A stretch of DNA of 64,000 bases, taken from assembly GCA_963693365.1 (NCBI GenBank), contig CAVNZM010000002.1, forward strand, positions 4,852,259 through 4,916,258, written 5' to 3'. Positions within the stretch are counted from its first letter, which is position 1. Every line of letters begins with the position of its first letter. A model generated the notes under the pieces. It had not been told where the DNA came from, did not search any database, and worked only from the letters and a program-made list of their open reading frames with translations. The DNA comes from Amoebidium appalachense (lineage: Eukaryota > Protista > Ichthyosporea). Of this stretch, positions 1 through 12,107 are shown in pieces. A program made the translations under genes and the position numbers.

Positions 1-10
1 TGAGCTTGAG

Positions 11-48
<38 letters not shown>

Positions 49-269
49 GGGGGGGGGGGAGGGGGGGGGGAGAGAGAGGGGGGGGGGGGGAGAGAGAGAG
101 AGAGTGTGTGTGTGTGTGTGTGTGTGCGTACGAATTAATATTGGTGTGACTGTCTGTGTGTGTGTGTATACGTGGGCATGTGTCGTACGCGTGTGTAGCT
201 GTGTGCACGCACGTGTGTGCGTGCGCCGACGTTTGTGATGTGACGGCGCTTAGTGTGGGGGTGGGGAAA

Positions 270-313
<44 letters not shown>

Positions 314-512
314 GGACCTGTAGCCTTTGAAAAACTTAACAAAGCCATTTGGGTCGAAAACTGCCTCTTTATTATTTATTTTTGAAAGATTATCGCATAT
401 TCTAGATTACAAGTTCATATCTTGCGTTGGAAACTTCATGTTGGGCGAGTCAAAGCAAAAAAAAAGGCACAGCCAACCTCGATTGTTCCAGACCATTCCC
501 GACAGTCCAGAT

Positions 513-655
513 TTAGTTTCTGAAGTAGCTGGCCAGGCCGACCAGCATACGGTGTGCCTGGGCAAGGAAGGTGGCCTGCTCCTCACAGGCGGAGGGCTTG
601 GGCCCCGTGTAGGTCTTGCAGAGGAACCCAACGAAATCGGACATGGCGGCATTCT

Positions 656-719
<64 letters not shown>

Positions 720-1962
720 CAGGGGGGGGGGGGGGGGAAACAGGATTGAGTATAAATCTAACGGGATAATGTATTGTCCGATATGTCTGCACACGTTTGG
801 CTGATGATTGGGATAGCTTGTTTGTCTATCTGGTATAGATCTTAAAGCACATAATCGAACACATAATCTCATGTAATTTGTCCTCCCACCTTTTTTTGCT
901 TTTGTTTTTTCAAACCCTTTACGTGTACCATGATCTGTGCCGCCAAAAACGTACCTGTGTGGCCTCGGAGGCATCACCGTTGATGACCAGCCAAGGTACC
1001 CAGCGGTGGGGGGGGTTGAGTGCGTTGGTGCGATCGGCATTGGCCTGGTGGATCTGCTTGCCCTGTGATCGCGGATTGGGGAAAATGTTGGTTTTTGGTT
1101 GCATTGTGGAAGATTGGCAATTGCATGAGGGAGATAGGGAGAATCGGGCCAAAAAAAAAAAAAAAAAGGGGGGGGGGGGGGGGGGGGGGGAAGAATGAAT
1201 GGTGCTCGTGGAATCTTATGACACCTTATAACACAATCCGCGCATACTATTGTTTTTTATCTCTTGTGTTTGTGTTGTTTACAGATGAATGGACCAGGTG
1301 TATGAACAGCAACTGCCACACGTTAAGCAGCAATAGCCTTTTTCCTTTACATCTGTTGTGTTGTTAACTTACAGTATACATATGACATAAATGCAGACCA
1401 TCTGTCATAAATACGTGGCCAACTCGCACGACGGACAAAGTAGCGAGAAGGGGAAGAAGGCCAGGGGGAGGGGAGGGGGGGAGGGGGGGGGGGGGGGGGG
1501 GTTATAGAAACAGAGAGAGAGATCGACGGGGGGGGGGGGGGGGGGGGGGGGGGACAGCGGAAGAGAGAGAGAGAGAAAGGGAACATGGGAAAATAATGAG
1601 GAGGAAAAAATGGGGTATATAGCCGGCCAACTATAACTCCAAATCACGCACCTTATCAGATGATGCGCAATCACCGATTGGCTTGTAGTTGACTTTAAGG
1701 TTCTTGGCACAGGCCGGGCCAGCACTTGCAGGGTCACCGGGGTTTGTCTCCTCCAGACACGACACATAGGGGAACCACGAGTTGTTGGGCAGAAGGTTGA
1801 TGGCACAGCCCTAAAATGGGGCAAAAAAAAAAAAAAGAAGAAGAAGAAGGAAAAGGAAAAAAAGAAAGGAAGTGGGGGAAGACGAGGAGGAGGAGAGAGT
1901 GAAGAATAGAGGGGGGAGGGGGGGGGGGGGGGGGGGGGGGGGGGATGTGTGTTTGTGTTCTA

Positions 1963-2061
<99 letters not shown>

Positions 2062-2562
2062 ATGCGTGCGCGCCCATGTGTATATTTGGTGGTGGGGGTC
2101 CGGGTGTTGTTAGAATGTGCTACAGAGTGCCAAGTACACATTCATGACATGGGCAAAATAGATGTGGCCAAAATGGCTACAGGCCTTAAACATATCAGGG
2201 TAAGGGGGAAAGCAGAAACCCAGGTTGCATAGATGGTGCTGGGGATGAGATTAAGGAGGGGGGGGGGGGGGGGGGGGGGGGGTTGAGGGGGAGGCCTTGT
2301 GATGGTTAAGGATATGACATAATGAGCGAAAAGAGGTTTCAAAAATGAACAAAAAATAGCCCAAGGACCCCCCCTTTCCCCTCCCTCTCGACGCAGCTAT
2401 CTGGGGGGAAACGAGAGAAAAGGAAGAGAAAAGATTGTGCATTACACACACACACAAAAAAGGGCGGGGACGAGGGAAAGAACGAACTCCCCTCACCCCC
2501 CCCTTTCCCCCCTCCCCTCCAAAAAAAAGAAAGAAAGGAAAGAAAAGAAAAGAAAAGAAAAG

Positions 2563-2610
<48 letters not shown>

Positions 2611-3320
2611 CCCTAACACATACACCACTGCCACTACTCCACACACTCGTGCACCAACCGTGACCCACACACACACACACACACACACAGATCGCAACCC
2701 CTCAAAAAGGGGAGAGGAAGAATAGAAGTGCAAGTGCACAGTAAGTTAATTTCGACTTTGCTTCACTCCACCCTCTCCCCAGTCTTCTTCACACAATCCA
2801 ACCAGTAACACGCACAGTATGCAAAATAGGTAGAACCCACCTTCAAATAGAGGGGGGGAAGGGGCAGGGAGGAAATGGGGGGAGAGGGGGGAGGGGGGAG
2901 GAAAAGGGCGGAGTAAGGAGCCGGGGGGAGTGGGGAGGGGGGTTTAATCTTTTTTTTTTTTTGCGCATACCATGAGGATGTTGCCGTTGCACTCATTGGG
3001 GCCGTGCTGGCACTGCCACTGCAGGGGGCCAATGACCCGGGCATTGCCGTAGGGGATGACCTCCAGGCTATAAATAGCATCCAGGCCAGGCGTGTTGTAG
3101 GCCTTCTTGACCTCACTGCTCATGAACTGAATCGGGGTGTCAGTGAATGTTCCCTTGAAAAGGAGGGGGGGGGGGGGGGGGGGGGGGGAGGGGGTGGGAT
3201 GTGTCATAAAGTACGAAGTACCCATGAACAACGGATAACACGATGTAGAGTGCAAACCATACATAAACAGTATGCATAATAAGCAGAGTCCATCCTCAGA
3301 AAGGGCCCACGTCATCCACC

Positions 3321-3351
<31 letters not shown>

Positions 3352-3733
3352 TCGACACGTGACAGGTTGAGAAATCCGGAGGCAAAAATGGAAACGGAGA
3401 CAGAGGGGGGGGGAGGGGGGGGGGGGGGGAGGGGGGGGGGGGGGGGGGAGGGGGAGATGTATACGAGTACGCAGGCTTACTTCCTAAAGGTAAAACATAA
3501 CGTAGATACGCAAAATAGAACCGGCACGGTGTGTGAAACAGGACCAGAGGAGATGAGGGGACAGAAGGAGTTTTTGGGGGGGGGGGAGGGGGGGGGGGGG
3601 GATGCATCATAAATGTGAAGTAGACATTAACAACGGACAACACAGTGCAAAGTGCAAACCACACAATAAGAGCATGCATGATAAGTGAACCCATCCTCAG
3701 GGAGGGACCAGGTCAACCGGGGGGGAGGAGGGG

Positions 3734-3770
<37 letters not shown>

Positions 3771-3823
3771 GGAGGGGGAGGGAGGAGGTGTGGTGGTGGT
3801 GGTGCGTGTGTGTGTGTGTGTTT

Positions 3824-3864
<41 letters not shown>

Positions 3865-4191
3865 GATGAAGGGACAAAGAGGGGGGATGGAGGTTGGAGG
3901 ATGGGGAGGACAGAAAAAGAAGCAACCAGGGGACACGAAGATGTGTGGGGAAGGGCGAGAAGGTGAATGGAAAGGTCCTATTTCCAGCACAGAAACACAA
4001 AAAGACGAACGGTCGGGAGTTAGGTATGATATAGAAGGGCACAGGGAAATAGTAAATGTCAAGTTCGTAACGCTGAAGGCTGATGGTAAGTGACGGGAGA
4101 GGCACAGGCTGGGCTAAACTCAGGAAGGGTTGAGAGCCTAGGCTAAGAAAGATCCGGTATAAGCGAAGAGATAATGATGCCGAAGTGAGAA

Positions 4192-4230
<39 letters not shown>

Positions 4231-4553
4231 CTTAGACAGAGAGAGGGAGTGAGTGATATTTACGCCAAATAAACTCAAGTACGAGTAAATTTGTATCTGA
4301 ACCTCACTGTCACTATGTATCTCTCTCCCTATCGTTGCAACACCACAAAAAAGGGTGACATAAAAAAACGAACCAATCCCAAAAACAAACGCTCCACCAG
4401 CCCAACTTTACTCAAACCGTCACGTACCCGTGAGCAGAAGGGGCACATGGCCTCCATGTAGAGTTCCACTCTGACTTTCTCCGCATTCTCGTTGGGGAGA
4501 ATGACCAGAGCCTGGGCCACAGCCGCAAGGGCAAAAAGAGAGAGGATCTTCAT
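513..4553 (-). CDS. IFI30: Gamma-interferon-inducible lysosomal thiol reductase (GILT family), 5 exons, 229 aa
   Basis: Exons 4553-4428, 3126-2971, 1810-1652, 1062-955 and 653-513 are all GT-AG, phase 0, and join in frame. Signal peptide [15 protein letters not shown], active site [12 protein letters not shown] (CxxC), GILT signature [30 protein letters not shown]-terminal [13 protein letters not shown]. Confidence 0.95.
3196..3322 (-). mobile_element. 5'-truncated copy of the structured intronic repeat (GILT intron 1)
   Basis: The reverse complement GGATGACGTGGGCCCTTTCTGAGGATGGACTCTGCTTATTATGCATACT...GTACTTCGTAC closely matches 21720-21830. Flanked by poly(C) on both sides. Confidence 0.85.
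3601..3719 (-). mobile_element. 5'-truncated, diverged copy of the structured intronic repeat
   Basis: Reverse complement reads TGACCTGGTCCCTCCCTGAGGATGGGTTCACTTATCATGCATGCTC..., lying between poly(C) tracts. Confidence 0.75.
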
Positions 4554-5622
4554 GTTGTCTACGGGGTTGAAGGGTATTGAGTTGAACAAAACAATTACAA
4601 TCGTATAAACACGATACTGTGGGTGTGTGTAAAGATGCTTTTGGTGGCCAAGTGTGGGGAGGAAAAACACAACAAGAAAATTAATGGAAGCCTGGGGGTG
4701 GTGGCAAAGATTAGGGAGCTTGATATTATGTGCGTGTGCATGTGCGTGCGCGCGTGCGTGTGCGTGTGTGTGTGTGTGTGCGAGTATGTGCGTTCCTGTG
4801 TGTCCTCCTGTGCGTGTCTCTTTGGGGGGGGGGGGGGGGGGGAGGGGGGGGAAGGGGGAGGGGGGAGCGGCGGGGGAGGGGAGGGGGAGGGGGGGGGGGG
4901 GGGGGAAGGGGAGGCATCGTTCTACCACTATACAGCTTGTAGGGAAGCAGCCACTTCTAACAGCTGTATTTCTTACAGTAGTCTTAACGCGTTTACAAAG
5001 TGCACATGTAACTCCAGACTCATTTTATTGGCCTGTGAGGGCGTTTGGCTACCCCACCTAGGGCATTGACCTTTACAAACAAAAAAATTCGGCGAAATTT
5101 TTTGTGAAAACCTGTGCCTGAAAAGACGTATCTATGTTGTCCCCCATTTTTTTTTCCACACTACATCTGACGGGAGCAAAGAGGAGCAAATGGGCGCTCA
5201 CCTTTTGCTCTTTAACGCCTTCGACACCCCTTGCTCGCTCCTTTCTCGCGTCTTGAAAGCCTTCTGTTTTGCTTTCATGCTTTGATTTATCCTCGTTATC
5301 GGGCCTGGAGGAGAGCAAAACAACAAAAGGAAAGCAGGATGGTCTACCGGTGAGCCACGATGGATGCAAGTGAAGAACAGTCTTGTAGCGTCGTTTTATT
5401 GGGGGAAAAAATGATTAAACTTATTTTTTATGCTATAACTTTCTACTTTTGTAAAAAATCTCGTATAAAACTTACCCAAACAACAGTAAACTCAACCTCT
5501 GCGCAATGGTCCGGACAAGAAGCACAATAACGCCATTTGCTTGTTTCTGTTGTGCATCCTATAGGAATGCTCTAAAATGACCTATGTATGGCCCATGAAA
5601 GAGCTATTTATGGTTCATCCAG

Positions 5623-5660
5623 TTAATTCCCTAGTGGCTCAATGAATGAATGAACAGTAA

Positions 5661-5715
<55 letters not shown>

Positions 5716-6144
5716 TACACACACACACACACACCCAACTCCCCAATCCTCATGTACATAGTCTTAACGAACCGGAGATGCTCGCTGTCGCCGGCGCCGC
5801 CGCCTGCCTGTCCGTTTAGGCTCTTTTGAAATTCCCTTAGCTGTAGGCTGCAGCAGCTGCAGTGATTGCCCCCTCCCCCCCCCCGGCGAGCTCCACACCC
5901 CCCCGAGGCTCCCCCGAGTCCCCCCTGAGGCTCCCCTCCCCTCCCCCCGCCTCCCCTCCTTCGCCCTTCCGTCGCCCCCGTCCCACCCCCACCTCCCCCT
6001 TCCCCCACCAACCCCCCCCCTCCCCGCCTCCCCTCCCCCGCCGCTTCCCCCCTCAAAAAAAATAAAAAAATCACACGTGCACACCTCTTTCCCTTGAGGC
6101 TCATTTTCAAAGGGAGAATAGCGCTTTCGTTTGAAGTATACTCC
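5623..6144 (-). CDS. 3' part of an unidentified spliced gene (tentative)
   Basis: GT-AG bounded segments 6144-6085 and 5840-5735 join in the only frame open across both (GVYFKRKRYSPFENEPQGKE|LREFQKSLNGQAGGGAGDSEHLRFVKTMYMRIGEL). Possible terminal micro-exon 5630-5623. No family recognised and 5' exons not resolved. Confidence 0.35.
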
Positions 6145-6731
6145 CTGCAGCATTCTCAATCATCTAAATCTGGGGTTCACAAGTTGGTTGCCGTACTAAA
6201 CGTGTGTACCTATGTGGAAACGTACTTTGCGCTTTAGTAGTTGTTCCATTGCGCTTTTTCACGGCCTTAAATTTTTTGGGCACAGCCACAGACTCAGTCT
6301 GCAGCTTGCAGTTACTGTCCCCTTACAACCTCCATACTGTGCGGTGGGGAGAGGGGGGGGACGGAGGGGGGGGGGGGGGGGGGGGGGATGCGGAGGGGGG
6401 GGGGGGGGGGGGACGTAATTAAATATAAGGGGACGGGAAGACTTGTGGAGGCACGTGGGGGGAGGGGGAGAGGAGGGCCGGGGGGCAGAGGGGTGGGCTT
6501 TCTTTCCGTCAGTATTAGAGCTCTTATTAGTTAAGCCCTGAAAGCAGGCTTGCAGGTTGAGAATAGGAACCTGCAAAAAGACAGCCCGGTTGATGTTTCT
6601 ATGAGTTCTCATGCAGCTCCGAGATGAATAATAATTAGTATTAAGTGGCACAAAAAGAAACCAGTGAAGAAACTCCAACCTGGTGCGGATTTTTTTGGGT
6701 CCCCCTGCTTTGTGCCTCCCCCCGGCCCCCC

Positions 6732-6776
<45 letters not shown>

Positions 6777-7400
6777 CCCCCTCCCGTTTTCCCCCCATCT
6801 TTATTGCAAGAAAGAGGGGGAGGGGGGGGGGAGGGGAGGGTTTAGCTACAAGTAGGAATTCAACATCTTAAACTTAGTAAATGCACGACAACATCTGTGC
6901 CTGAGTCTGACATATCAATGGCATATTTTCCTTAAGTCAGATCGATACGTATGCCAAGAAAACATGCAATATTCACGAAAAAAACATAGAATTCGAAGCT
7001 ACCTGATATACTGGCTATCGTCACCATGACTACAACAAAATGAATAGAAGCTGAAGACTAACAGTCGGTGCCTTTCAATGATCCCCAGCACTCAGTCTGA
7101 GACTCGTGACCACCTTCCCCTCAACTCAACACCACCAAACTACATTGCCCTTTCACTCCCGGAGTCAGTCCTCCTAGTATCCTCTGTCCCCGTCTCATCC
7201 ACGTGCTTCTACATCCTTCCCCCCACCCCCCTCCTCCCTCTCCTCCTAGCCTCCCCCCCCCCCCCCCCCCCCCCGCCTCACCCCTCCCCTTCTTCCCCCC
7301 CCCCCCCCCCCCCTCCCCCCCTTCCTTGGGACAACAAAACAGGCAATCTAGTTATAAGACTCCCCTTCTCCCCCTCCCCTCCCTCCCCCTTGAAACCTCG

Positions 7401-7770
7401 GGGAGGAAGGGGGGATATGGTAGTATTTAATTAATACGTATTACGCGTGGCCTGGACGGCCACGCACATGTGTACACACTGGCATGCATGATGGCCCTGT
7501 TCCTATCCCACCAATTGCATCCATATGCATGTCATGGTCTGTATCCACAACCTCAAATCATCAATTTCAAAACACAACTTCTAAACAACTAAAAATGTAG
7601 GATTGGGATGCACATTGGCCTGCAGGCCCACAGCCTGGCCAGTACAGGCCATGACATGCATATGGATGCAATTGGTGGGATAGGAACATGGCCATCATGC
7701 AGTACATGGGCGTCTGGGCCACGCGTAATACGTATTAAATACTCTACCATATATCCCCCCTTCCTCTCCC
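7401..7770. mobile_element. Fold-back / MITE-like element with long imperfect inverted arms
   Basis: 7401-7544 is the imperfect reverse complement of 7643-7770 (e.g. TAATACGTATTACGCGTGGCC and TGTTCCTATCCCACCAATTGCATCCATATGCATGTCATGG), with a spacer of about 100 bp. Confidence 0.75.
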
Positions 7771-8274
7771 CTCCCCCCCACTTCCGCGCCTCGCACACCC
7801 AGCCGCCAGAAACACGTCCCACGGGCCCTGCCCAGTACAAGGTCCCAATGGCATGGGACTGCGGGGAGGGTTTTAGATGAAATAAGGCCCCACCGCATCT
7901 TGGTGCAGTGGCACGTGCACCCGCCTTGTGATAGTCCTGTAGGACCTTTTTACGGGGAGGTGTCACGGTGGGGAGTGTTTGGGGGGGTCGCCGTGATGGT
8001 GGGTGTGTGTGTGTGTACGGAGGGAGGGGGGTGTCCGCGGCAGGTGATCGGATATTTACGGGGTCCAAGCATTCCAAAGCTTTCGATGGTTCATCCAGGT
8101 GCAAACCGTTCCTTCATCAGGCACATTACCAAGGCTGTTCCTATTGAATATTAATATACTCCTGCCAATTAGGCTCATAAAGCGGGACATGCTAGGGTGT
8201 GTGTTCGGGCCATGCAGTGGTGATGGGGGTGGTGTTTTTTTCTTTTTCTTTCTTTTGGGGGGGGGGGGGTAGTA

Positions 8275-9110
8275 TCCGGATGTATGTATGCATATGAGGG
8301 TTGGAACTATGGAGGAAACATCAAAGCACGTGATACTAGCGTCACAATAATACAAAACAGGGTAGTGAACACTTCAATAGAGCCCACCAAGTGCAGCGAG
8401 TTAGAATTATCGGGGAAACATTGAGAGACAAAACTTAGAACACAGCACAGATAAAAGCAAACCCCCCCCCCCTTTTTTTTTTGCACAGGCTTCTGCAGAA
8501 CTTCAATACGCTCGAACAGAGCCCATTGCTCGCAAGGGGGTTTCCGTGGGTGGGTGGGGAGTGTGTTGCAGATAGCAACACGGAAGAGGGTGTGAGCTCG
8601 GCTGTGGTAACAGGCACAAGGCAAAAGACACGATGCTGAACACAATTTATGCACTATATCAAGCATCAAAGGAGTAAAAATGACGAGCAGACGTCACTGA
8701 AACGAGCATAACGGGGACACAAAAATCACATAATTGCATAAAAATTTAGTCCACACGAAAAAGAACATGTGCACAGAATCCAGAAGGCTTAGTGTTGGCG
8801 CACAAGGACGAGAGAGGTAGAGAACCACGGTGTGAGTAAGAGTTGGAGGAAGGGAAGAATGTGTAGCTCGCATTTACAACATTACAGACAACACCATGCA
8901 GATCTTGCAATGTAATATATAAACGCAAACAGGAACCTGCAGGAATAAGTGAGCCCCACCCGGGGGGGGGGGGGGGGTAGGGGTATAAGGGATGGCATCC
9001 TCAGTACCCAGATTTCACCCGGAACGCGGTACGGTGTACAACCGCATGACAATAAACACGGTGCAGGGCACATGCAAAGGAGATACACACAGAACCCATA
9101 ACCAGAGCTG
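8275..9110 (-). repeat. Cluster of degenerate 3' fragments of the structured repeat family (~8275-8395, ~8500-8545, ~9020-9110)
   Basis: The minus strand shows TGGGCTCTATTGAAGTGTTC...CTCCATAGTTCCAACCCTC, CCCCTTGCGAGCAATGGGCTCTGTTC and GCTCTGGTTATG...CCTTTGCATGTGCCCTGCACC, matching the tails of the better copies. Confidence 0.55.
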
Positions 9111-9352
9111 TAGTGTGTGCCGGCGGTGGTGTGTGTGTAGTCGAAGAAGAAGAAACAACACAAATGAATAGCCAGCATTCACATTTGTCACCTGCCAACT
9201 AAAGCACCCGGCTGAAACAAACAAAACTCCAGACCTACTCTTCAACCACCCACATACACACCAGATAACACAGTTCCACCATAGGCGGCACACCGATCTT
9301 CCTTGCGCCAGACACCGACTGTTGCCAGCCGGTGCAAGTGTCTATACACACT

Positions 9353-11245
9353 TTATTTCAGAGGAATGAAGCGCGAGGAGTGGGTGGCACCAATACCGGG
9401 GCGACCGTGGCGGACGGGCTTGTACGAGATAGAGTACTCAGCCAGATACGTGCCGATCATCTCGGGCTGTAAGTGTGTGTGTGTCCATGTGTGTGTGTGC
9501 GTGCACCCACGTGCGTCGTGGGTATGTATGGTGCAATGTGTGAGAGAAGAGGTATGTGCTATCAGCATGAGTGTGTTTGTGTTGGTGGTAAGGAGATACC
9601 GTGATATGATGCAACACGCATATGGTTTGCATGCAGGTGTTGTTTGTATGTGTGTAAGCATGCGCATGTGCACATGTGTGTGAAAGGGCAGCGTTGTGTT
9701 GCATATGTGATGGTGTTTTGGTGGTAGAGGGTAATGATCACAGTAAGCCAAAAGCCCCACCATCCACGTACTATCCAGAACAATTTCCTAGCAGCAGGAC
9801 TCCTGTCGTACACCAGCCAGGCAGTAAGTCATTACAGCCATTCCACAACATATGTGCAGACGGGCAGGATAACCTGCGGTAAATATTAAACACTCGTAAT
9901 CACCTCCACACTAACTCCACGGTCAACACAACCATGAATACTACACCAAAAAGTCCACCTACAACTCTAGAAGCTGTTCACTGCCCTACCATAGAGGCCC
10001 ACCCAGCCACCACCCGACACTCACCTTGATTTCGACCTGGTTGAAGGTCTTGCCGTTGTACACACCGACGACGGAGCCGATCATCTCGGGGATGATGATC
10101 ATGTTGCGCAGATGGGTCTTGACCACATCGGGCTTCTCACCAGCAGGCACGTCCTTCTTGGCCTTGCGCAGCTTCTTCATCAGCGTCAGAGGCTTGCGCT
10201 TAAGACCACGGGTGAAGCGGCGGCGGGCACGGGCGTGAAGAATGTTCATGAGATCCTTGTTGTCCATGTCCAGCAGCTGGTCGAGGTCGACGCCGCGGAA
10301 GGAGAACTTCTTGAATGTTCTCTTCTTCCTCTGGTCCTCATCTTGGTGATCGTCAGCCTGCCCAAACGTAACGTTAGCTGCCTATCACAACCTCAACTCC
10401 GTATCAACCTCTGCCCCACTCCAGGACATCTTCGAACACATTGTCTAAAGATTTTGACCGCATCTTCCCAGAAAATAACCACAAACACGACCGGTAACGA
10501 CGCTTCTGAAGATGATGACCAACAGTAATCCCAACCACCGCTCCACATACCCCAACCTTCTGTAGCAAATTATTTTTGCCCCCTCAACCCAGGAGCGACG
10601 AACTCCCTCCGTTACACGGGGCTCAGTGTGTAAAAATTCAGTGTTCCAAACATCACAAAATCCCCCAGCTGTACTGCGATCCGGTGAATTAGGCTCAAGC
10701 ACTATTGCAGGCCCACTGTATGTTGTCGAGTCATGTTGAATGTGACTGACAAAAAAGCTGTGTCTCAAAAGTCTAGGCCCAAGCAAAGTGTTGCCCACGA
10801 CCATGCCTGCTTTTGTAAGTCTCTGTGACGTGAAAAGCGCTGCTATGCTCAGAAATTGCCGTCCCGTCTGATGACAGTCGACGAAGCCTGTGATCAAATT
10901 GCTACCAGTTTGGGCTACGGTAGCGGAACGTTGTTATGTTTGTCTTGGCTTCTCAAGGGCGGCTGGGGTGGTGTGCGAAAAGTTGGCCTACTACGCGCGA
11001 ACGCGTACGAGTATGTAGGCGTCCATTTGAATAAGTCTTCAAGCCCGCTCACTAGCGTCGGCAATGTGCTAATGTCTAACTGCATGTCATCACTCCGCTT
11101 CCTCAGTCCATTTCGTCGATGACCCTGCTGCCACCTGCCAAAACCCTGCAAAACGAGCCGAAAAACGCCTAGAAAGCATTCTAACAGCCACGTAAAGAAT
11201 GGATGATCCGGATGGAGCAGTGATTGGCCTTGATTGTCGTACCAT
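9353..11245 (-). CDS. RPS15: 40S ribosomal protein S15 (uS19), 3 coding exons, 149 aa
   Basis: ATG-only first coding exon (11245-11243, GGCAAAATG|gtacga), then exon 10357-10025 ([19 protein letters not shown]...[32 protein letters not shown]) and exon 9466-9353 ([37 protein letters not shown]). The first-exon position is inferred. Confidence 0.97.
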
Positions 11246-12107
11246 TTTGCCGTTTCTCCGTCGATAGTCGACTGACTTCGAAGAGGTGAAAGAGGGGAAA
11301 ACGGGAAACGCGACGCCGCCTTTGTGTGCCTGCACACGGGGACGGCTTGTAACCCCCTAGATGCACATGAACAGAGATCTGAAAACTTTTGACGACTGGG
11401 GCTCGTTGAAATTGCGGTGTTGCGCAAAAACATATACAACTAATTTCCAACCCCTCTAAATAAAGTTTTAACACACATAAGGTTTTAATACGTGTGAATA
11501 CATATTAAGTACTGTAAAAACCAAAATAGGGGGTTTTTAGGCTGCTAAATTTACAGAAATACTACAGCCTTGTTTTATAAATATAATATGTTTTTTTAAA
11601 ATGGGGGGAAGCAAGGAATGTTGAGTCAAATTTACTCCAATCAAACAGCTGTACGCTAAAGAGTCTTAAACTGCATAGCCAATCACTAGTTAGCTGTTAA
11701 ATAAAGCGCCTTTTTTTGCGTAACTTACATTAGCCTACCCTTTCACACGTGCATGCTACAGGTTCGTGTACGGTGTACGGCCGTGACACATCGCACATTA
11801 TCACCAAGTAGAATGATATATGCCAGAGCATTACTTCTGTTGAATGTTCCGGTCGTTAGCAGGTTTTATTTGACACATTAACTTAAGATTGCAGAGAAGT
11901 TACGCATTTTATAGGCTAAAAGATCTTGCCATCTGCCAAGCAAAGGTGCGTAGCTTGTGTAGTCCTGTGTCGTTTTTCCATACAGGTTAGAAAGCGATCC
12001 TACCCAACCAGAGAGCTTCAAACTTTTAAAGGCTCCTGAATTTTGTAGCTCTTTGGGGATTAAGCAAATAAAACACATATTCTCGTGTGAAATAAGAAAC
12101 ATCGAAA
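11246..12107. promoter_or_regulatory. Divergent RPS15/UTP6 promoter region with a pyrimidine (5'TOP-like) tract upstream of RPS15
   Basis: 862 bp between divergent start codons, AT-rich and free of microsatellites. Minus strand TTTCCCGTTTTTCCCCTCTTTCACCTCTTC at ~11308-11280. Confidence 0.55.
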
